Below the pieces are notes generated by a model. It made no database searches. It was not told the origin of the DNA and saw nothing but the letters and a program-made list of their open reading frames with translations. The position numbers and the translations under genes were made by a program. Below are positions 31,233 to 40,037 of a stretch of 64,000 nucleotides of DNA, piece by piece. The DNA is taken from positions 23,996 through 87,995 of the forward strand of contig JAYSZJ010000036.1 of NCBI GenBank assembly GCA_043738115.1. The letters run 5' to 3'. The stretch is from Rhodoferax sp. (GTDB lineage: Bacteria > Pseudomonadota > Gammaproteobacteria > Burkholderiales > Burkholderiaceae_C). Within the stretch, counting starts at the first letter, position 1. Every line of letters starts with the position of its first letter.

Positions 31233-32132
31233 TCAGGGACGGGTGGATCTCCAGCGATACAGCTGGTCCAGAATGGCATCCAACGACCCCAATATGTCGA
31301 CACCCTGCACTATCGGCAAGCGTTGCACAGCCTTGCCTCCCACCCACAATTCCACATTTGAATCAAGCATCTGCCTGAGCTGCAGCAGCAGTCCCGGAAT
31401 TTGTCGCTGCGGATAAAAGCCCGAAAACGACAGGGCCACCACATCGGCGCGGTGCGCCAATGCCGCTCCCTGAATTTCATCCAATGGCAACTGTGTGCCC
31501 AAGGGAATACATTCCGCCCCGTTTAAGGCAAGCAAAGCTTCTGCCATCAACAAGCCCAACCCATGCTGCTCGTTGGACACCGTGGTCAGCACGATGCGCG
31601 GCGCGCGGTTGGTTGCAGGCAGGCTGGCAATTGCCTGTCGCAGCATGCGCTTGGTCAATTCGGCAAACAGATGTTCCTCAAAAATCGCAAAGCGTCCCTG
31701 CTCCCATGCCTGCCCGACTTGCTCAGTAAGTGGCGCTACAACATCCAGCACAAAGCGGTGCACACCTCTGCTTGCCAGTTGCTGTTGCATGGCGCCAAAA
31801 AATGCATCACCGTCGTGCCGTTTGATCAGCGCCAACAGTTCATCCAGCCCACCAGGGGTGGCGAGTGCCTGGTCTTCGTTCGGGCGCAATAACTGCATGC
31901 GGGCAAGCTCATCCTTTGGCATACCCAGCAGTTTGCCCGGACGGTGCCCGGCATCCATCAGACGTTTGACCAAACGCAAATGCTCCACCTGCTGCAGTGA
32001 GTAGCTGCGGTCACCGTTTTGGTCTCTCACGGGCATCGGGCAGCCATACCGACGTTCCCATACACGCAACACGTCTTTTGACAACCCGGTGTCACGCTCT
32101 ACGGCGGCAATATTGAAAACATTCGCGCTCAT
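31233..32132 (-). CDS. CarH/LitR-type MerR regulator with a B12-binding domain
   Basis: From MSANVFN: MerR HTH (VLRVWERRYG), W-x9-EH (WEQGRFAIFEEH) and ExHxxG (EQHGLG) cobalamin motifs. Confidence 0.88.
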   Translation of the reverse strand: MSANVFNIAAVERDTGLSKDVLRVWERRYGCPMPVRDQNGDRSYSLQQVEHLRLVKRLMDAGHRPGKLLGMPKDELARMQLLRPNEDQALATPGGLDELLALIKRHDGDAFFGAMQQQLASRGVHRFVLDVVAPLTEQVGQAWEQGRFAIFEEHLFAELTKRMLRQAIASLPATNRAPRIVLTTVSNEQHGLGLLMAEALLALNGAECIPLGTQLPLDEIQGAALAHRADVVALSFSGFYPQRQIPGLLLQLRQMLDSNVELWVGGKAVQRLPIVQGVDILGSLDAILDQLYRWRSTRP

Positions 32133-32195
32133 ATGCTGGGATCGGCCTTGAGTCCGACTCCCGTCCTTTCGCAGTAATACGACCAGTATAGCGAT

Positions 32196-32364
32196 TTGTA
32201 CTGGACAAACATTCGATAGGTGCACGGTGAACAACAGGAATCCGTGCACCCCAATACAATCAAATTGCAAAAATCTATCGTATTGTTAGATGAAATCATT
32301 CACAAAAATCCGAAAACTCATACGCATCAACCTATAAACAAAACATAATTGTCTAGGACAAACA
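32196..32364. promoter_or_regulatory. Two copies of TTGTnnnGGACAAACA between carH and the MCP gene
   Basis: TTGTACTGGACAAACA at 32196-32211 and TTGTCTAGGACAAACA at 32349-32364. Confidence 0.55.
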
Positions 32365-32390
32365 AAACCACTCACCAAAGGACTTTCGCA

Positions 32391-34181
32391 ATGACCATTT
32401 CCAACGCTGGGCCCCGAGGGTCCGCTCCAAGTGTTGAACAGACATCACACACCAGCAATTATTTGGGCATTGGCAGCCTGAAGATCGGGACCCGTCTGGG
32501 ACTGGGATTCGGTTTGGTATTGGTCATGTTGTTGGCCCTGACTGCACTGGGTATCAATCGGGTGTCCAACATCAACGGCAGCCTAAGCACCATCGGCGAC
32601 GTCAATAGCGTCAAGCAGCGGTATGCCATCAACTTCCGCGGAAGCGTCCATGACCGGGCCATTGCCGTACGTGATGTGACGTTGGAGCCCAGCAAGGACG
32701 CCATTCAAACCCAACTCGCCCTGATTGCGAAGTTGGCAGACGACTATGCCAAGTCGGCAGGCCCACTGGACCAGATGTATACCGCAGCGTCAGATGTATC
32801 TGACGAAGAGCGTTCTGCGTTGGCGAAGATCAAGGAAGTAGAGGCCACGACGGTACCGCTCACTGTCAAGGTGATCGATTTGAAGTTGGCTGACAAAGGC
32901 GAAGAAGCGATACAGCTGCTCTTGACAGAGGTTCGTCCAGCGTATGTGCAGTGGCTCGCCAGCATCAACAAACTCATTGATATTCAGGAAGTCAAAAACA
33001 AGACAGAGTCAGCCAACGCCCGCTCGATCGCACAGAATTTTCAGATGCTGATGGTTGTAGTGTGTTTCGTGGCCATCGCATTGGGCGTGACAGTGGCCTG
33101 GATCATCACCCGCAGCCTGCTGAGCCAACTCGGCGGGGAACCGAACACCGCTGCAGCATTGGCCCGCTCAGTCGCCCAGGGTGACCTCAGTGTGCACATC
33201 GACATCAATCCCGGTGACACCTCCAGCCTGATGGTGCAGCTCCAGGCGATGCGGACCAGTCTCGCCCAGGTGGTGTCCAAAGTACGGCAAGGCTCTGACG
33301 GTGTGGCGACAGCAAGCGCCGAAATCGCGCAAGGCAACAGCGACCTCAGTGGCCGAACCGAACAACAGGCCAGCGCCTTGCAGGAAACCGCAACCTCCAT
33401 GGATGAGCTTGGAAACACGGTCAAACAGAATGCCGAGAGCGCCCGCCAGGCCAACCAGCTGGCGCTCAATGCGTCTTCCGTGGCTGTGAAGGGCGGTGAG
33501 GTCGTTGGTCAGGTGGTAGAGACCATGAAAGGCATCAACGAGAGTTCACGCAAGATTGCCGACATCATCAGCGTGATTGACGGCATCGCGTTTCAAACCA
33601 ATATTCTGGCCCTCAATGCAGCAGTCGAAGCGGCGCGCGCAGGTGAGCAAGGTCGTGGATTTGCCGTGGTGGCCACTGAGGTGAGAAGCCTGGCAGGACG
33701 AAGCGCCGAAGCGGCCAAGGAAATCAAAGCGCTAATCGGCGCCAGCGTCGAACGGGTTGAACAGGGCACGGCCTTGGTGGACTCGGCCGGCGAAACCATG
33801 ACTGCGATCGTAAGTTCGATCAAACGGGTAACCGACATCATGGGTGAAATCAGCTCAGCCAGCAGCGCACAAGCCTCCGGGGTCGCCCTCGTTGGCAGCG
33901 CGGTGGCCCAGATGGATCAGGCCACCCAGCAAAATGCGGCGCTGGTAGAGGAAACTGCCGCAGCCGCCAGCAGCCTGGAGACCCAGGCACAGGAACTGGT
34001 GCGGGTGGTATCGGTATTCAAGCTCGAGGGTGATGGCGAACACCATCAGCCTGCGCAACAGCCCGTTGCTACCCGGCCGATTAACGTTCGCACCCGACAA
34101 CTTGGAAACCACTTGCCACACAATATGAAACGCCCGGCGTTGCGGGCCGTCCCCAAGCCTGTGGCCCGTCTGTCGGCGTAG
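32391..34181 (+). CDS. Methyl-accepting chemotaxis protein (four-helix-bundle ligand domain)
   Basis: Two transmembrane segments, [30 protein letters not shown]. Confidence 0.95.
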   Translation: MTISNAGPRGSAPSVEQTSHTSNYLGIGSLKIGTRLGLGFGLVLVMLLALTALGINRVSNINGSLSTIGDVNSVKQRYAINFRGSVHDRAIAVRDVTLEPSKDAIQTQLALIAKLADDYAKSAGPLDQMYTAASDVSDEERSALAKIKEVEATTVPLTVKVIDLKLADKGEEAIQLLLTEVRPAYVQWLASINKLIDIQEVKNKTESANARSIAQNFQMLMVVVCFVAIALGVTVAWIITRSLLSQLGGEPNTAAALARSVAQGDLSVHIDINPGDTSSLMVQLQAMRTSLAQVVSKVRQGSDGVATASAEIAQGNSDLSGRTEQQASALQETATSMDELGNTVKQNAESARQANQLALNASSVAVKGGEVVGQVVETMKGINESSRKIADIISVIDGIAFQTNILALNAAVEAARAGEQGRGFAVVATEVRSLAGRSAEAAKEIKALIGASVERVEQGTALVDSAGETMTAIVSSIKRVTDIMGEISSASSAQASGVALVGSAVAQMDQATQQNAALVEETAAAASSLETQAQELVRVVSVFKLEGDGEHHQPAQQPVATRPINVRTRQLGNHLPHNMKRPALRAVPKPVARLSA

Positions 34182-34255
34182 TGAACCAGGTAGTGCGGCG
34201 GCATCACTAGGTTAGGATTGACTCCATACACAATATTTAAGGAAAAGGGATCTGT

Positions 34256-34504
34256 ATGCCGGAAGCACGTGATTATCTGGAAATGAGCTACCACTCGATT
34301 CAATGCTTTACCAACGACGGCAAGCTGGATGCAGACGAACTTGGAAAAATAGTTGCGATTGCAGAAAGAGATGGTGTGATTGACCCCAACGAAATCAGAG
34401 TCCTGACAAGCATCATCTCGAAAATCAAACCCCATGAAGTGGACGCCGCCATGCAGCAAAGGCTTGCAGAAATCAGCAAGATGATTGCGAAGGCAAAGGG
34501 TTGA
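34256..34504 (+). CDS. Small hypothetical protein with EF-hand-like loops
   Basis: SD AAGGAA; NDGKLDADEL and RDGVIDPNEI. Confidence 0.75.
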   Translation: MPEARDYLEMSYHSIQCFTNDGKLDADELGKIVAIAERDGVIDPNEIRVLTSIISKIKPHEVDAAMQQRLAEISKMIAKAKG

Positions 34505-34673
34505 ACACTACACCTACCAAGGTTCTCTTAAGCTGTTACCAACCGTTACCGATTACACCCATCAAATGCCCGGCGCCATAGGCTTCGTGGCGGAAAATGC
34601 GTTGGCTTTATGAGCCTTGGTCTTACCAAGAGGCAGTGCCAAGACTTCTACGAATTTGAAGGGTGTCCAGACC

Positions 34674-35216
34674 ATGGAGAAAACTATCGCAGCCCTCTTG
34701 CTATTGACAACGCTAGCGGGCACCGCACACGCACAGGTGCGCAAATGCATACTGCCGGACGGCCAGGTGACCTACAGTGACGTCTTGTGCAACAAAGGCG
34801 TTGCGAAGCAGGCCGATGTCAACCTCGTTGCCAATACGACGGACAAATCACCCGAACGTGCGCAGGCCCGCAAATTCGCCATGGAAAGGCTCATCGCCCT
34901 GGCCCGACAGAGGGAGCCCAACCGGTGCAAGTTCAGTGTGGAACACAGCATCCAGGGCGATGGGAAACAACTGGCCGAAGCGGCCACGCATGAATGCTTC
35001 TCCAACATCGTGGCTGAACAAACCGGCCACCCCGTCCGCAACGAGGCGTTTGAACGCTGGTTCGAAAACCAGCAACTGGCGCAAGGCAATCGCAGCGCAA
35101 GTGTTGCGGACCCGATCCAACAAACAACCCCTGACCAGAGCGAAAAAGGCCCCGACTGCAAAACCGCCAAACCCAACAGCGCTTGCAGTAAACCGGCAAC
35201 GCCTCGATCGTCATAG
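34674..35216 (+). CDS. Secreted protein, DUF4124-like N-terminus
   Basis: Signal peptide ending AHA followed by QVRKCILPDGQVTYSDVLC. Confidence 0.7.
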   Translation: MEKTIAALLLLTTLAGTAHAQVRKCILPDGQVTYSDVLCNKGVAKQADVNLVANTTDKSPERAQARKFAMERLIALARQREPNRCKFSVEHSIQGDGKQLAEAATHECFSNIVAEQTGHPVRNEAFERWFENQQLAQGNRSASVADPIQQTTPDQSEKGPDCKTAKPNSACSKPATPRSS

Positions 35217-35375
35217 CCCGCCTGTCACTGCGGCCCAAGGTATCTGTGCCCAACGTGCGCTAGCTGCGGTCCGTGGCGGCAATGAAGATGGGCAGCCTTG
35301 GCGACATCCTTAAGACATTCCTGGCTGTAGCCCCCGTCTATGCTATCTGAATAGCTACCAACTTTATAGCATTCC
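35215..35375 (-). pseudogene. aceE-like 3' fragment A, telescoped by internal deletions; contains the 63-nt repeat at 35309-35371
   Basis: 35225-35271 matches 55715-55761 at 39/47 nt; 35309-35371 matches 56041-56103 at 48/63; translates as CYKVGSYSDSIDGGYSQECLKDVAKAA...IAATDRS*RTLGTDTLGRSDRRA. Confidence 0.85.
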
Positions 35376-35654
35376 CAGCAAAACCGGCGAATAGCCTGTT
35401 GGATTTTCTTCTCCACGAAGCACTACGGTGCCCCCCAATTTTGGAAAACGGGTGCAGGCTCGGCATAGCCATGTCAGGGTTTTTTCACACACACCTGTCA
35501 CACAACCGTCAAATGAGGTGGTGACACTGCGCCACTCTCGGACGGTTTCAGGCGGTTTTCCGCACCACCGCCGTGTGATCGGTCGCACGATGCGTCGCCG
35601 CCGGCATTTGGGCCAATGGCAGCGCTGCCTATTTATTACTCACAAGGTTTTTTG

Positions 35655-37892
35655 ATGAAAATCGCTTTCACGTGGCACCCTGTCGTAGGTGCCTTGGCCC
35701 TTGCGTTATGCACGACTCACCTGGCTGCTCAGGCGGCCGACACCCCGATCTACACGATTCAGGGCAGTGGCCCCATCAGCCCCTTGGTCGGTCAAACCGT
35801 CACCACGACCGGCATCGTCACGAAAGTGTTGAACAACGGCTACTTTCTGCAAGACCCGGCCGGCGACGCAGACCCCGCGACCAGCGACGGCATCCTGATC
35901 TTCACCGGTAGCGCACCGACCGTGGTTGCCGGCCAGTGGGTGCGGCTCACCGGCAAAGTGGTCGAATTCAACACCGGCTCAAGCAGCAATCTCGACACCA
36001 AAGCCCGCACGGTGACCGAGCTCACCACCATTACCAATTTGACGATCTTGGGCACGGGCTACAGTACCACCCCGGTTACGGTGGCACTGCCAGAGCTGGT
36101 CAACGATGACCTGGAACGCTACGAGGGAATGCTCGTCACGCTGCGTGGCCCGCTGACCGTATCCCAAAACTATTTCCAAGCACGCTACGGCCAATTGACC
36201 TTGTCAGTCGGTGGGCGCATGGAAACACCGACCAACCGGTTTCGCCCCGGTGCGCAAGCCGCAGCCTTGGCCGAAGAAAATGCACGCCGCCGCATTGTGC
36301 TGGACGACGGTGCGACCACCCAAAACGCCAATCCAACCCCTTTCGTGGGCTTAAATGGTCTGCCCCGTGCTGGTGACACGGTGGGCGACATTACCGGCGT
36401 GATTGACTACGGCTTGGCCACTGCCAGCAGCGCCGGGGCTGGCGACTACAAAATCCACCCGGTGACAGCGCCGTCCATCATGCCGACCCACCCGCGCGCG
36501 GCCCAGCCCGAAGCGGTGGGTGGCAATGTGCGCGTTGCCTCCTTCAACGTGCTTAACTACTTCACCACTTTCACCAATGGCAACACCGCCAGCGGTCAAA
36601 CGGGCCAGGGTTGCAGCCAAGGCTCCAGCGTTACCACCTCCAATTGCCGTGGTGCCAACAGCCTGGCCGAGTTTCAGCGACAGCGCGCCAAGATTGTTGA
36701 GGCCCTCGCAACCATCAACGCGGACGCGATTGGCCTGATGGAAATTCAGAACAATGGCACTGTTGCAGCCCAAAATCTGGTCGACGCGTTGAACACCAAA
36801 GTGGGAGCTGGCGTCTACGCCGTTGTTCCCGACCCTGCTGCCGGGACCGGCACCGACGCTATCAAGGTCGCAATGATTTACAAGCCGGGCAAGCTAAGCC
36901 CCGTGGGCGCGTCACAAACTGATATGGATAGCGTCTTCAGCCGTCCGCCCCTGGCCCAGACCTTTGCCGCCGCCAACGGTGAGCGCTTTAGCTTGGTGGT
37001 CAATCACCTGAAATCCAAAGGTAGTTGTCCCGCGTCGGGTCTGGATGCAGACCAGGGTGATGGCCAGGGTTGCTGGAACGACACGCGCGTACAGCAAGCA
37101 CGCAGGCTGCGTCCATTTATTGCGAATTTGCAAATCTCCAGCGCCAGCAACGATGTGTTGCTCGTGGGCGACCTGAATGCTTACGCCCAGGAAGACCCGG
37201 TCTTTGAACTCACCAGCAATGGATTTATCGACGAGATTGGCCGTTTCAATGCCGCAGGTTATTCCTACGTTTTTGATGGTGGCGCAGGTCGGATTGACCA
37301 CGCCTTGAGCACCCCGTCTTTGTCGGCCAAGGTCAGCCGTGCAGTGCACTGGCACATCAATGCCGATGAGCAATTGGCCCATGACTACAACCTGGAGTTC
37401 AAGCAACCGGCCTGCGCCAGCTGCGCACCGGACCCCTATGCCGTGTCGCCCTACCGCTCGTCGGACCACGATCCCGTGGTGCTGGGCTTCAACCTGTACA
37501 AAACCCTGCGGGGCACCGTCGGCCGTGACACTTTGGTGGGAACCGATGGCGATGACATCATCAATGGCGCCGCAGGTGCTGACTCTCTGACGGGCGGCGC
37601 GGGCACCAATACCTTTGTGTACGAATCGCAGCGCGATGCGGGTGACACCATCACCGACTTCGTTCCTGGCAAGGACCGTATCCAACTGGCCGCACTGCTG
37701 GCCGGATTGGGCATCAACCCCGTGAGCGCCTTCAGCAGTGGTGTCGTCAAACTGGTGGCCAGTGGCACCGACACCATGCTGCAAATCGATGCTGACGGCA
37801 CCGCCGGCCCCTTGGCGGCACGCACCTTGGCCACGCTGCGCAATGTGAGCCCAGCCCTGATACAGCCTGCCCGCGATCTGGGTGTGCAGTAG
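35655..37892 (+). CDS. ExeM/NucH-family extracellular endonuclease with a C-terminal RTX/type I secretion-like domain
   Basis: IYTIQG, GYFLQD OB-fold, RVASFNVLNYF, VVNHLKSKGS, GDLNAY, SSDHDP; GGAGTNTF...DTITDF tail. Confidence 0.92.
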   Translation: MKIAFTWHPVVGALALALCTTHLAAQAADTPIYTIQGSGPISPLVGQTVTTTGIVTKVLNNGYFLQDPAGDADPATSDGILIFTGSAPTVVAGQWVRLTGKVVEFNTGSSSNLDTKARTVTELTTITNLTILGTGYSTTPVTVALPELVNDDLERYEGMLVTLRGPLTVSQNYFQARYGQLTLSVGGRMETPTNRFRPGAQAAALAEENARRRIVLDDGATTQNANPTPFVGLNGLPRAGDTVGDITGVIDYGLATASSAGAGDYKIHPVTAPSIMPTHPRAAQPEAVGGNVRVASFNVLNYFTTFTNGNTASGQTGQGCSQGSSVTTSNCRGANSLAEFQRQRAKIVEALATINADAIGLMEIQNNGTVAAQNLVDALNTKVGAGVYAVVPDPAAGTGTDAIKVAMIYKPGKLSPVGASQTDMDSVFSRPPLAQTFAAANGERFSLVVNHLKSKGSCPASGLDADQGDGQGCWNDTRVQQARRLRPFIANLQISSASNDVLLVGDLNAYAQEDPVFELTSNGFIDEIGRFNAAGYSYVFDGGAGRIDHALSTPSLSAKVSRAVHWHINADEQLAHDYNLEFKQPACASCAPDPYAVSPYRSSDHDPVVLGFNLYKTLRGTVGRDTLVGTDGDDIINGAAGADSLTGGAGTNTFVYESQRDAGDTITDFVPGKDRIQLAALLAGLGINPVSAFSSGVVKLVASGTDTMLQIDADGTAGPLAARTLATLRNVSPALIQPARDLGVQ

Positions 37893-37928
37893 TCACCCCG
37901 CAACATCTCCTCACTTGAAAGAATACCC

Positions 37929-38537
37929 ATGAAAAAAACAGCATTGAGCCTTTGGGCCCTGGTCGCGTTATTGACCACTGCCGGTCCTGCCTTCGCGCAA
38001 AGCGTGAGCAAGTTTGGCGACGTTGTGCAAACCGGAACCACGTTCAGCCTCAGCACCGCCGGTTTTGAGGAGTCCCCCCTTTCAGGCCAGGATGCTTTGT
38101 ACATTGACGCTCTGGAAACCCAGCTGGATTTGGCACCCTTCGCCTTGGGGGCGGTCGCAGTCGAAGGCTCGGCCTTCCAGCAGACCTGGAACCTCAGCGC
38201 CGGTGCCGTTGCCAGCTTTAATTGGCTGCTCAATACAGGCCTATTTGACGTTGACTTTGCCGACCGCGCGTTCGTTGTCATCAACGGAAACGTCCTGCCA
38301 TTGGCCGACGTGGGCGCGCAAACAGTGTCCGGCAGTTTCAGTTATGCCTTCACCACTGCGGGGCAATACACCTTCGCCGTCGGTGTGGTGGACGTTAACG
38401 ACGCGGCGGGTGTCTCGGTGTTGGACATCAGCAATCTTGCGGTCAGCGTGAGTGCGGTGCCGGAGCCGTCAAGCCTGGCGTTCATGCTGGCGGGTCTGTT
38501 GGGTGTCGGAGCGCTGGCCCGCACGCGCCGCGCTTAG
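37929..38537 (+). CDS. PEP-CTERM sorting-domain protein
   Basis: Signal peptide; C-terminal VPEPSSLAFMLAGLLGVGALARTRRA. Confidence 0.9.
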   Translation: MKKTALSLWALVALLTTAGPAFAQSVSKFGDVVQTGTTFSLSTAGFEESPLSGQDALYIDALETQLDLAPFALGAVAVEGSAFQQTWNLSAGAVASFNWLLNTGLFDVDFADRAFVVINGNVLPLADVGAQTVSGSFSYAFTTAGQYTFAVGVVDVNDAAGVSVLDISNLAVSVSAVPEPSSLAFMLAGLLGVGALARTRRA

Positions 38538-38635
38538 TTCGACAGGGCGAGCAGGAATGGTTTCATGGTGAACGCAAAAGGGGGCTTAACTCTATCGGCA
38601 CCAAGTATTGCATGGGTGGAATTGCAAGGGCGCGC

Positions 38636-38820
38636 CTGCGCCCTTGCCCACCTCAGTCAGAACGGCACCAGAGCCAAGCAACGCAATATCTTTAAGCGAA
38701 TGAGGACCATAGCCCCCGTCGGTGTTGCGTAAATTGCTACCAACTTTATAGCACCCATTCACTACATCGGCCTCTGCACCATCAGGCAGATCCGGACGGA
38801 CACAGAAATTATGGGTGACG
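38636..38820 (-). pseudogene. aceE-like fragment B; contains the 63-nt repeat at 38691-38753
   Basis: Translates as PDLPDGAEADVVNGCYKVGSNLRNTDGGYGPHSLKDIALLGSGAVLTEVGK versus aceE PDLPVGAEAEVVRGCYKFVSYSRSTDGGYGPNSLKEVTLMGSGAILTEVVK; core 55/63 nt identical. Confidence 0.92.
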
Positions 38821-39945
38821 CTTGCCATTCAATAGCTTGCTGACCCAGGTGTGGCGCACGAACAGCTGGTAGCTGCCCACACAGACCAACGTGGTGGCAG
38901 CGATGTTGATGGCGATTTTCAACAGGGCGGGAAGCGGCAGCTGGTACAGCAAGGCCCCAAAAAGAATGGTCAATGGGAAGTGCACCAGGTAGACCCAATA
39001 GGCGCTGTCTGACAAATAGCCCAGCACCCTATGGCGCGACTGCAGGAACTTGAGGGCCAGGCCGATGCAGGCAAAGCTCCATAGCCAGCCTGCGCAGTGG
39101 TAGCTGTAAGCGCCCAACAGCGCAGGCCCGTGCAGGTGCATCACCACAACGGTGCCAGCGTAGAACAGCAGGCCCGCGGCGGCACAGAGCGCCCAGCGCC
39201 GCTGGAACTGCGCAAACAGCTCTGCCTGCCGGCCATGCAGCACCAATCCGAAGACGAAGAACAGCCCGTTGTGCAACCACTCATTCCAGGGGGGCAGGAA
39301 TGCGCCCGAAGGCACCAAAAACCCGCGTGGGTAGCTCGCACCAGCGGCCAGCAAGGGCAATGCGAGCACCGCGAAGCCCCAGGGTTGGCGTGCCAACCAT
39401 GCAAGCACGGATGCAGACGGTGCGAACCAGGCGCGCGGCAGGCACAGCAGCGCCGAAGTGACCCCGCAGAACCACAGCAGCATCCACAAAAACCACAGGT
39501 GCATGGTGTTTGGCCCCTGGGGAACCGGCAGGTTTGCGATCACAGTTCTGTCCAGCCCCCATTGCCCCAAAGCTATCCGGTTCAGGAAGGCCAGCGCAGC
39601 GAGACCCGACGCCACCCACAGGAATGGCCAAAACAACGCGAACGGAAGCGCGAGGCGTGCCAGCCGGTGGCGCAGCAAACCGCTTGGCCCACGGGACTGG
39701 GCGAGCAGCATTGCAAAGAACCCCGCCAGGATAAAGAACGCCGGCATTCGGAACGCATGGATGGACGTCATCAGCACATCAGCCATGACCGAACGCTGCT
39801 CATCGCGCCAGATGATCGGCGAAGGCTCGAACCCGTAGATAGCGGTCACATGCAGCACGATGCCCAACCACATCAGGATGGCGCGCAGGTTGTCCAGGGC
39901 ATGGAGGCGTGGTCCGGTGGTTGCCGGTGTGGGGTGTGCGTCCAT
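38809..39945 (-). CDS. Acyltransferase-3 family membrane protein (OpgC/MdoC-like)
   Basis: LDNLRA, FRMPAFFILAGFF, HLWFLW, SAYWVYLVHFP. Confidence 0.9.
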   Translation of the reverse strand: MDAHPTPATTGPRLHALDNLRAILMWLGIVLHVTAIYGFEPSPIIWRDEQRSVMADVLMTSIHAFRMPAFFILAGFFAMLLAQSRGPSGLLRHRLARLALPFALFWPFLWVASGLAALAFLNRIALGQWGLDRTVIANLPVPQGPNTMHLWFLWMLLWFCGVTSALLCLPRAWFAPSASVLAWLARQPWGFAVLALPLLAAGASYPRGFLVPSGAFLPPWNEWLHNGLFFVFGLVLHGRQAELFAQFQRRWALCAAAGLLFYAGTVVVMHLHGPALLGAYSYHCAGWLWSFACIGLALKFLQSRHRVLGYLSDSAYWVYLVHFPLTILFGALLYQLPLPALLKIAINIAATTLVCVGSYQLFVRHTWVSKLLNGKRHP

Positions 39946-40037
39946 GGTTGCAGCGAATTTCGTCACCTGTAGAAAAATCTACAGCTGAAGAAATCGAATA
40001 GGAACGCCACTCACCACACAAGCGATACGGACAATAC

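Noticed and set aside
34530-34556. Short GTTACC tandem repeat (GTTACCAACCGTTACCGATTACA)
   Set aside because: Only two or three imperfect units; it could be a regulator site but nothing supports a call.
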